From Strigamia acuminata (taxonomy: Eukaryota): a stretch of DNA of 64,000 bases. The stretch spans positions 28,706,001 through 28,770,000 of the forward strand of contig OX442314.1 in assembly GCA_949358305.1 (NCBI GenBank), in the 5' to 3' direction. The notes under the pieces are model-generated. The model did not search any database. It had not been told where the DNA came from and saw only the letters and a program-made list of their open reading frames with translations. Positions 26,965-37,433 of this stretch are shown in pieces. Each line of letters opens with the position of its first letter. Position 1 is the stretch's first letter. The translations under genes and the position numbers were made by a program.

Positions 26965-28265
26965 ATGTTCGGAGTGATTATAGCGAGCCGTTTGGTAAAC
27001 TCAAATGTCGATTTACATTTCCTTATAAAAGCAAATTTAATTAATCTTTTCTCAAAATTCGTTAGGTGCAAACGGATTTCCAACGTGTGGGCGAAACGCA
27101 ATTCCTGTTCAACATCATCGATGCCGATTCAATTAATCATATCGTCGTGTTTATGACTGGCACAGAGCCTTTTCCCGAAGGAATGGGTGGTTCGGGTATA
27201 CAGATTGTTTTTTAATATCAATTGTGTATTGTTTGAACGTAATTTTGTGTATTTTTCTAGTGTTCTTCAGTTGGCCCGATGCGAATGCGCCACCATCTTG
27301 GCTCTACTTAGGATATATTTCTAATAGTAAACCGAGCGCAATATTTAAAATAAGTAAACTAAAGCCAGGTGATTTGAGGTTTGGTTTGTGCTGGAGTAAC
27401 AAGTGATCTATGGGTTTCGTGCGGAGATTTGCAGTGGGTTAAATATAGTAAGATTTATGATGATTTCGAGTGGATTTGATAAGATTTAAATGAATTTTGG
27501 GTGAATTTGATATGATTTTTATTAATTCTGAGTGAATTTGATATGCTTTTGATGAATTACGAGTGAATTTGATGTGATTTTGATAAATTTTGGGTGAATT
27601 TGATATAATTTTGATGAATTACGAGTGAATTTGATATAATTTTGATGAATTTTTGGTGAATTTGATATAATTTTGATGAATTACGAGTGAATTTGATATA
27701 ATTTTGACGAATTACGAGTGAATTTGATCAAATTTTGATGAATTGCGAGTGAATTTTGAACGGTTTTTGTATATTTTCAACGAATTTTGGAATTATTCCT
27801 CAAATTTCGACCAAAATATCAAGTTTTTTGGTAAATTTCGACCGAATTCCTAAATTATCCAACAAATTTCTCACAAATCTCCGCATTTTTCCAATTTTAT
27901 CTTGTTACGCCACGCCACACAACTCCGAACAAAATCCCTAAAAAATTCATTTTCCAGGCGGTCAAGCATCGACACATCCGTTCGGTGTGCAACAAATCAC
28001 CCACGACGCGCAAATTGGAATCGCAGTCGACCAACTATCACAAATATCACTCCAAACACCATTCGTAGCCACAACACCCTCACAAGTGGACTCATTCACC
28101 GAATTCGCGACCAAAATGCTGGAAAACTTCTACAACTACGTCGCCTCGTTCGCCACCCAAGCGCCCGGCGTCAACGACCAACTCGTCCCCGTCAACTGCT
28201 TACACCAATGGTACCAGAACTTCCACAGGAGGCTCCAACAGAATCCCTATTTCTGGCGAAGTTAA
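26965..28265 (+). CDS. HIKESHI: Hikeshi (OPI10/C11orf73 family) Hsp70 nuclear import carrier
   Basis: Exons 26965-26994 ([10 protein letters not shown]), 27066-27195 ([27 protein letters not shown]), 27261-27368 ([24 protein letters not shown]), 27958-28265 (..[18 protein letters not shown]). Confidence 0.95.
27455..27760. repeat. Tandem repeat, 31-bp unit, in Hikeshi intron 3
   Basis: (GTGAATTTGATATAATTTTGATGAATTACGA) ~9 copies. Confidence 0.93.
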
Positions 28266-28353
28266 ATCAAAACAATAAAAACGAAAGATAAAACATCATA
28301 ATTTATTTTTTCATTACCACTCTGTACATTTTTTTCTTAGTTTTATTTACATT

Positions 28354-30612
28354 CTAATTTCTAATCGTTTGTAGTAATTTGCTGACTACGTTAATGTTGA
28401 GGCTGTTTCCGAGTAATTGGTAACACTGACGGTGAGTCAAGTTGGGTGGAAAACCTGAGATTGGTTTGGAAAAATTGTCGGGATTTGTTGAGTTGAATTG
28501 CTGATGTTTTGAATTTTGAATTTACCAAAGTTTTTGGGGAATCCCATGAGATTTGCCACTTCTCGTGGGCTGAAATAACGTAATTGTAACGTTTTAAGGG
28601 CGTTTAATCTCTCGGGTTCGTGAGTGTATTCGTGTGAGAATACGGCTTCCATCTATTTTATGAAGAGAGTTATAATAAAAATTAGATTTATCCAATTAAG
28701 TTGTTTTTTTTTGTTTGTTTTTTTTTTTTTTGGAAAATAATACTTTGATTGTTTCGTTTGTTCTTAGAACTGATCCTGTTCCTGTAGCGTAATGGCCGTA
28801 TCTGATTTTAAATAAATAAAATTAATGGATCATTTTTAAATATCAATTCGACAAGACCAAGAGCCGTAACAAGAGTTTGAGCGGCGTTTTTCTTGCAAGA
28901 AAATGCAAATTTCACGTAAAAATTTGATGTTTTTATCAAGAAATTGACTGCTAGTACTAAAAATCCATTTTCTAAAGATAAAATTCCATTTTTTAAAGGT
29001 AAATATCCATTTTCTAAAGGTAAAAATCCATTTCTAAAGGTAAAAATCCATTTTCTAAAGGTAAAAATCCATTTTCTAAAGGTAAATATTCATTTTCTAA
29101 AGGTAAAAATCCATTTTCTATGAGTAAAAATGGATTTTTACCCTAAAAATAGTTTTTTACCCTAAAAATAGTTTTTTACCCTAAAAATAGTTTTTTACCC
29201 TAAAAATAGTTTTTTACCCTAAAAATAGTTTTTTACCCTAAAAATAGTTTTTTACCCTAAAAATAGTTTTTTACCCTAAAAATAGTTTTTTACCCTAAAA
29301 ATAGTTTTTTACCCTAAAAATAGTTTTTTACCCTAAAAATAGTTTTTTACCCTAAAAATTGTTTTTTACCCTAAAAATTGTTTTTTACCCTAAAAATTGT
29401 TTTTTACCCTAAAAATGGAAATAGAAAACTATTTTTCAGGTCTAGAGTGCACCTTTTTAGAGAAAAACGCATTTCCTCCTTGGGTAATTTCGTTTTTAAA
29501 CACAAACTGCGCCGTTGCAGTTGAAAAAATGTGCAAAAAATGCGATTAGCGATACAATTTGCCCGCCACCACTCTCACTACGGCATTAAATTGTTATTTT
29601 ACGATTTGGTAAAGCAACAAGAATGATCATCGGCTGAAGTGACAATATCCATCGCTCGAGCATATTTCCCCAAAATTTTATCCGGAATCGGAAACTCATG
29701 ATCGCCAGGTCCGTTTTCCAAAAATTCACCGAGTTTACGATGTCTTATTTCCTCCCCGGATCGATTTAACGTCCGATTTATCTGCAAGAAGATCATATAA
29801 ATATAAACACCCATTAAATTTAGACAATCATCAAGTTAAAAACAATCTTACGACGCTCGGTTTAGCTACAACTAAATCCTCCTCCGACAATTTCGCGACC
29901 ATGTAATACCGTAACCTTGAATTCGGAATCCCCATTTCTTTCGGACACAATAAATATTCCTAAAAAAAATAAATAAATAATTAATCCATAAAAATTATTC
30001 AATAAAAAAAAATAATTATTTCCATTTTAAATACTTTTAATTCATAGCCACAATCGTTTAACGTTTGTGTCAATAATTCGTGCGTTTCTGACGTTTCAAA
30101 CCCTTTAACATTTTCTAATAAAATGAATTTCGGTTTCCTACGAATCCTGCAACAAAAAATAAATCACAATAAAGTAAAATCCGATTAATAAAATTAAGAA
30201 AAAAAATAATAATTTCATTACAATTTCAAATTATCTAAGATATTGAGGAATGAATCGGTTCTGTGGTCCATTTTATCTCTCTTCAAACCGTTTCTTGTAA
30301 ACGGTTGGCACGGGGGACTCATCCAGACGAGATCCGGCTCAAACTGCTCAAAATTCTTCGAGTTTATCGCTTGAATATTCCTCTGTAAAATTGGTGTCGA
30401 AGGGAAATTGTATTCGTACACTTGATTGGCATTCGTGTTTATGTCAATTGCCGCCACGATTTCAGCTTTTAATCCCGAACCTACAACAAAAATACAAATT
30501 TTATTGCTTTTCTTCCAGATTATATTCTCCTTTTACCTTTTAATGCGTAATGGAAACCACCAATACCGCTGTATAACTCCAAAACACGTAAAACAGCACA
30601 ATTTTCATTCAT
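28354..30612 (-). CDS. TRDMT1: tRNA (cytosine-38-C5)-methyltransferase DNMT2
   Basis: Exons 30537-30612, 30222-30480, 30035-30146, 29852-29959, 29603-29781, 28744-28801, 28526-28652, 28354-28454; motifs LELYSGIGG, MSPPCQPFTR, LLENVKGF, GIPNSRLRYY, the DNMT2-specific CFTKSYG, LRYFSPREVANLMGFP, LLGNSLN. An upstream in-frame ATG at 30642 is possible. Confidence 0.95.
28958..29420. repeat. Two joined tandem arrays (21-bp then 19-bp unit) in DNMT2 intron 5
   Basis: (AAGGTAAAAATCCATTTTCTA)n to ~29120, then (TTTTACCCTAAAAATAGTT)n; the junction is an inverted repeat (29102-29117 / 29127-29142). Confidence 0.95.
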
Positions 30613-31039
30613 TTTCCCAGAGTTTTCAGTCGTTATACACATGGGAGGGATCGATGCCAATCGCCGCTCTCCACACAATCGACCAACCACGTCGCTGCAT
30701 CCGTCCAAGGCAACAGATGGCGCCAAATTCGAATTATTTTGTTTTGATGTCGAGTTAAATTTGCTGGAATTAACAAATGTTGGACATGTTATTAACCCTA
30801 ACTCGCTGTAAGAATGCGGTTTCAAAAAAACAAGTTGTTATTATTCAAATTTTCAGTGGATGGATACCGAGTAAACAGAACCTAAAGAATTAATTTCTGG
30901 ATTCTATAAAAAAAAAAAATAAATATATGAATTTATTAAATTTCGAAATGTTACCAACAAATGGCACACACGCATGCGCACTGCAATTTTATCTCCGTAA
31001 TGCGCGATGTGTAGTTGCTCGGCAACCACTAAATCAAAT
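30613..31039. promoter_or_regulatory. Bidirectional promoter region DNMT2 / coiled-coil gene
   Basis: Divergent ATGs ~430 bp apart; NRF1-like CGCATGCGCA at 30971-30980. Confidence 0.5.
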
Positions 31040-33094
31040 ATGGCGACTACGGGTGATCCGATGGACATGACTAATTTGTTTCGATTGGGTATTAAAGACT
31101 TACATAAATTTTAAATTATCCAACTAATATCAATTTTTGCGCAGAAAACGAGCTTCGGGCCGGAGATGATGAGATGACCCGCAAGATTGAGATCGAAAGA
31201 TGTTTAATCTCAGGTATAAATAAAAATAAACGTCGATTAACTCGAAATTAATTTTTAAAAAATTAAATATCTTTAGAATTGGAATCGGGTTTGCAAGTCC
31301 AGCACAGTGTTATATCAGAAAAATGCGAGATAATTCGGAAACACGAAGACGACCTTAAGAAATTAGAAAATCGCCACCAGATGGCCGAGCAACAACTAAC
31401 AAAGTGGATATTATTTAATTTATTTAGACATTTTTTTAAATTATTTTTTTTTTTAGTTCGCTTGAGATGTTCAGACTGCTACAAGGTGTTGTTGCTGAAA
31501 AGGAGAAAAAGTTGCAGTTGGTTAGATCGAGCAGAGAAGAAATGAAGTAAAAAATTGAGAAAAAAGGATCAAATTGGATGATTTTTTTTTAAATTTAAAT
31601 ATATTTTTTTTGCAACAGAAAGCAGCTGGAATTCGTGCTGAACACTCACAGACAGAAGTGGGAAATTTTTAAAAAATTTTATGAAAATATGCCAGAAACT
31701 CAGATTTATTTACGCGTTAAAAGCGAGTTGATAATCGCTGAAGAGGACATGAAATCGATTAAAAAAACTCTTCAGAGTCTGGAAGACGAACTTAAAATGC
31801 TCAATACAGGTCTTTATAGTAAAATTACGTCCGATTTTCAAACATTTTTAATGATTTTCACTGACATTTCAATGATTTTCAATAATTTTCAATGATTTTC
31901 AATGATTTTCATTGAATTTTCATTGATTTTCATTTAATTTTTAATGATTTTCTTGAATTTCCAATGATTTTCACTAAATTTTCAATCATTTTGAATGATT
32001 TTTCAATGATCTGTTATTTATTTTCAGAGTTAAAGGCTGAATTTTACAAAAGAATCGTCGAAATGTAATTTAAAACGTTAAGTTAAATTATTATTTTGAG
32101 ATTATAATTACCTTTTATTATTTTGTTTAGGGCTACGTTGAAATGCGAGACAATTCGTACGGAAAAAATGATCCGCGACATCATTAAGTCGAATAGAGGC
32201 AGAAAAAACGAGGAAAAACCGAAAAATCCGCAACTTACATTTCCTAAGCTAGGATTTCGGACACAATTCAGCAATGTTTTTCCTGCCACACCTTTTGCCC
32301 GACAGTTACCTGTACCACCAAAAACAACGGAAATGGTAATACGACTAATCCCTAATAAATTGAGTAAGGTTAATCGATGTTTATTGGTTTAGATGCCAAT
32401 TTAGTTAAATATTTACTGCGATTTTTGAATTTTAAAAATTTTTCCTTAACTTTAAAGTTTTTTCTTACCAAAATAAACACTCATAAATAGATTTTAACCA
32501 ATAATTCGATCGATTTATTTATTTTTAATCGACTTATCGGTTTAATCAGTCGATCAATATTTAGTAATCATTCATTTCTAGACCACACCCGCATCAAGAG
32601 ATGAATTTCAATCAAAAAACACGGAAATATCATCATTTCAAAGCGAAGTTTACACACCACAACTCGATCTCGACGCACAAACGGATAACGACCAAATTCA
32701 AAATGCTTATTCTCAATCGACAGTTTCTTCAACAATATCGACTCCTCAATTTTTGTCAACAAACCCCGGCCATTATTCGCAGGAAACCTCCACCCAATTC
32801 GCATTCGCTCCGTCAACTTCAGGTAAAAAAATAAAAAAATTACGGAGTAAATCTTATAATTTCTTTCAATTTAGTAGCTGCAACTCAGCCATTTTCATTC
32901 GATTTCAATGAACCATCCACCACCTCGAGTAAATTATTAATTTAAAAAAAAATAAAAAATAATAATTTATAAAATAAAATATTTTTTTTTTAGGTTTTCC
33001 ATTCAATTTAACTGAACAATCAAACGCGCCTCTGAGATTCCAAGAAACGCCCGACGAGCAACCAGATACTGGATTTCTGTCAATTTTCGATTAA
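31040..33094 (+). CDS. Coiled-coil protein with Phe-rich disordered tail; SIX6OS1 (C14orf39)-like synaptonemal complex central-element candidate
   Basis: Ten phase-consistent GT-AG exons: 31040-31088, 31145-31213, 31277-31403, 31457-31546, 31619-31809, 32028-32064, 32131-32335, 32582-32822, 32875-32928, 32994-33094. The gene model is well supported; the family call rests on remembered similarity (WEIFKKFYENMPETQIY, LKCET, terminal FSFDF/FPF/FLSIFD). Confidence 0.8.
31835..32010. repeat. Tandem repeat, 10-11-bp unit, in intron 5 of coiled-coil gene
   Basis: (AATGATTTTC)n degenerate array. Confidence 0.85.
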
Positions 33095-33430
33095 CAATTT
33101 TAAATTTTGCGCTTTGTTTTTTACATATTTTTATTTTACTCATTTTGTACACTTTATTTTATCTCCGTTTCGGTTCAACCGTTTTTAGTTATTTATTCTT
33201 TCTTTGTGAACATTATTCGCATTATTAAAATTCATTTTTAAAATGCAGTGAACAAATTTCATTGAATTACAGCAAGATTATGTTGACTCGTTTGTTAACC
33301 AATGCCAAAAAAGTTGTTTAATACCTCTAAAATGAATTGTTGAAAAACAAACATTAAAATCGCATCAGACTTACATTGTATTAAAATAATTATTTCAAAC
33401 ATTTTAGTAATTATTTTGATTTCTTTCTAG

Positions 33431-34760
33431 ATCGAGAGAGATCACGAAACGCCTGATGCATTGCCCGAACACATAATTATGCAACACGCTTTATGTGGCG
33501 CGCGGGCCTTCCTGATGAAGTTAAAACGGGATCGGGGAAACGACATGACGTGGTGGAAAGCCCGCCACTTTTCTGCGCAGGCTGGGAACGAAGGAACGTT
33601 TGTTGGACAAACTTCCTATTGAGCATCCCTACATCAAATTGGTCGATAATGCGGGATCCTCCAGCGCCTTTATACTCGCCGTTGGTCCATGAGGAATATC
33701 CTCCTACTCAGGAAGAGTGGAACGATTACAATCGAAGACGATTGCAATACGGAGTTGTGAAAGCTTTATACAAGAAGCTTGATGACACCAAAAATGATGT
33801 CGTTCGTCGCTTCTAACAAGTAATGAGGTCGGGTACTCCCTGGTATCCAACCCAGTATGAACTCCATCAAATTGCTATGAATGGATGCTTGCTGTCTGTC
33901 TCTGGATATTTCGCGTCGCAAAAAGTCCGTACCGCCGCTGCACAGTTCACTGCCGATGAGAATCGTGAGAACGAACGAGTGCAGGCAGCCGAGGAAGAAG
34001 CTCATCGCTTCCTTCCTTTTTATTCCTAAGATGTCATCGACGCTCCCGTCGTTACTCCTCTCTTGGAAGAGGAAGCGCAGGACCACCGACCTAGCATGAC
34101 CGAGTCACGCCCTCGGTCCCGCGAACCTGGTCGCGATAGGGACGAGCGAGGATCGCGTTCACATCCATATGCTGCCCCACGGTCCGATTCCCGACCGTTA
34201 CGTCCGCCGTCACGACGAGAACGTTTCTCCAGCTAGACGAAATCCCATTCGCAGTTGGAGAGTAGATCGACATCGTCGTCGCATTATGTGACTTCCGATT
34301 CCGAGATGACGTTCGAATCCGCCAAGGAAGAGACGGAGCGATCGGAATACCTTTCGGAAAATCCGATTCCTCCTTACGCAATGCATAAAATGATTGCCAC
34401 ACTGCCACCAACTTTAGCGTGCCGATACCGACACACGCTAATCCTCCGAGTGGAGGGGCACGCAGCATTGAGCCTCCTCCTTACTTTGATGCAGTGGGTC
34501 CGCTACGAGACATCCGCTTTCTTTGCACCGTTTATGCAAAGCCAGCACCAGTTTGCACCGTGTGTATTAGCCATCGCGAATACACGCACTTGTTAAGTGA
34601 TTTATTGGAGACTCTGTTATGGGGACAACAGAGCATTTACTCGCCGTGAACTACCTCCACACGAGGACCACCGTGACCTGTCCGGAGTCGTCGCCATTGC
34701 CGTCGTGAGTAACTGGAGAAGACGCCCCGCCATTCCGCTGCGTGAAGTAACGAGCCGTAT
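33431..34760 (+). pseudogene. GC-richer island of broken ORFs of unknown origin
   Basis: Acceptor-like TTCTTTCTAG at 33430, then protein-like frames interrupted by stops and shifts (PPTQEEWNDYNRRRLQYG, RDRSRSHPY, PPPYFDAV, CTVCISH). Confidence 0.35.
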
Positions 34761-36847
34761 GCTGCACGCCATTTTCTGTTTCCTGCGCTCAACCGTTGTT
34801 GCGCGCCTTCTTTTGTTTCATTATTGTAATTCCTCAATTAATTCCATATTTATTCATTAATTTATTATCATTCTTTGTAATCATCTCTCGATTAAATTAT
34901 TGTTCATTTGTTTTATATACTTGTATTTATTCCTATCTTAACCCCTAGACATTTTGGCCAGTTTGATATACTAGTACTGAAAGTCCTATCTAGGTCCTAT
35001 AAAAGGCATTTACCTGCGTTTTATTAAGTTATTTTTAGTGTATTGTTAATAATAATTCCCGGATCGCAGCACAAGTTACAGTAATGTATGCAATCCTGCT
35101 GGGAGTGCTGCCTTTGTTGGCAATTGATTGAGTTTAAATAATTCATATTTTGTATCAAGTTTACTACTGTAATGATTTAGCAAAAAAAAACTTGTACGAG
35201 AACATGAATTGACATCGTCAATAATTTCTGCTGTTTTGAAGGCAAAGCTTGTCACAAAATCCTATTTGGATAATAACTACATACAGCGCACAAAATACAT
35301 GGTGCAACTAGCAATGAAAACATGAATTGACATCATTAATAATTTCTGCTGTTTTGAAGGCAAAGTTAATAACTACATACAGCACACTAACAACATAGTG
35401 CGACTAGCCATACAAGTTTTTCAATATCATGTTATTTGAAACATTTATTTTGTTTTGACACTATCTAGTGTGGTGTCAAGCAGGCAGGAAGCAGCCCAAG
35501 TGCAGCAAAATCTGCTCAGCAAAGCAATTTTAGTATTCAGGTAGGAAATTTCCATGTTAACTTGCCAGTTCGGCAAAAAGTTGCTGGCGCCATCTATATC
35601 AGATGCTCAGTCTTCAGTATCATGGCGGATTAATACACAAATTAAACACGGTGGTCGATCCCTTGGTTGAATCAGTTACCAAAATGCACTTTTCTATGCT
35701 CAAAAGCATTTATTAGCATAAATGAACCAATAGCACGCAAAAATATATTACAAAATGCATTCCAACCCATAACCAGAAAGTTCCTGCGTTTAAGTCCATC
35801 CAGGATCAATCTAATGCTTAATTCACACTTGAACCACTTTTCTACATACATATTTAGTGACCCTACTTTTAGAAGCTCTTGTGTTCAAACTTGTTCTAAG
35901 TTTTCTACAACTCCGAACAAAACTTGACGTCACAACTCTAAATCACGCCTTCATTCTGTCATGTGACTGGTCTTAGAGCAAATTTAAAACAAGATGGATT
36001 CCAACTTTTTAAGGCTGCTTTCGGCATTAAAATAAATTAGGTACTTTTAAACGGTCGTTTTGGTAGAGGGTAAACAAGATTGCCCTTTTTGTCCGTGACT
36101 GCCAAAAAACGTTAAAAATAACGTACTTTTCTTTCCAATATTAAAAAAAAAATATTTGTAGGGTGTTAAATCCCATACAAACTGATAGAGACTGGTTTTA
36201 GAATTTATAGAAACTTTTTTCATATGGAAAATAGCAGTTTTAGAGTTGGATCAGATAATTTGGCATCCATTATTGTTTTAGTGGTGTATAGGTGGTGCTA
36301 CATAGGCCGGTCGTTGAAACGAACCAACAAACAAACAAACAGTCATGTTAAGTTAAATCATGAACCAAGGATAACATGGACATTATCCTAGAATACAGTG
36401 CAACTGATACAGTGTAACTGATACACAAAAAGCATTGTTGGATTGGAAGCGGTACAGGAACAATAGCGGAATTAATAGGCGGCAAATTTATAGGTACGGT
36501 ATTACTTGCGTGTTGATTGTTTTCAGCTCTTTCAACGTCAATTCATGTCGTGTTTTTGCCGCAATTAATTCGTCCTGGAATTTGTTGTTGGCAGACCATT
36601 TGATTCGCCCATCTAGGGGCAGGACGATACCCATTGTTAAAACGTAAAACATCTCCCAAACGTAAAATATTCACTGGCACAGCACCATTCATGGTGCATA
36701 GGGTAAATAACCCTCGAATCGAACGAATTTCCAAGTTTCAGGTCGATCTGATCGGCCGTTTTCGAGATATCGGTGTTTTTCGGCCAGCAGACTATTCAAA
36801 AATGTTTAAAAGTGTCACCGACACAGGGCCGTTTCTACCTATGAGGC

Positions 36848-37433
36848 TGTGACCGTCAGGCCACCTGGGGTGACCTACGTCACTGCCACACACCACCATA
36901 CGGCCCCAAGATCACCCCCTGATTGGGCAAGGTGATCTAGCCCGGGGGAAGGAGGGAGCTAGGTGGTGTGGGGAGGAGTTGCAGAGAGAGAGAGTGCGGG
37001 CACCGACCAGGCAGGTCGTGTGTTGACAGAGTTCCAGGGTGTTGTAGTAGACGAGGGGACAAGACGTGTCCCGGCTGAGAGGACTCTGCACTCCTTCCCA
37101 TTCACCACAGCGATGCTCAGTATCTGGGTTTTCCACCCAATACAGCCTCCATGAGTGGTCACTGCGGGCTGTAGGTAAGTACAGCATGAATGTAACGTTG
37201 AACCGACCACGTCACCCATTGGGCTCGCGCCCAGTGTGTGACGGGTCGGTTGCCGGTGCGGCGTGCCTTCGTGGCACCCCTGCAACGGGTAACGGGATTC
37301 CCCATACCCCTAGACAACACAATAAAGGCCAACCAACCAATATTGTGGGATTCCCCGTTATTTACGTGAAGTATGCGTCCCTACCCAGTGTTATCAGTCC
37401 CCTGACTACACTGGTGAGACCATAGCAGTCACA
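36848..37433 (+). repeat. 5' LTR
   Basis: Identical to 50428-51013 except one C/T difference seen by eye (37270 vs 50850); Inr-like TCAGT at 37117; donor AG|GTAAGT at 37174. Confidence 0.97.

Noticed and set aside
29135..29420. TTTTACCCTAAAAA array as interstitial telomeric repeat
   Set aside because: The unit is 19 bp and derives from the adjacent 21-bp array by inversion; it is not (TTAGG)n or (TTAGGG)n.
23034..33094. U12-type introns suggested by the presence of SNRNP35
   Set aside because: None of the modelled introns has the RTATCCTT donor.
36912..37425. Short ORFs repeated at 50492-51005
   Set aside because: They lie within the LTRs and are duplicated only because the LTRs are; no recognisable protein features.
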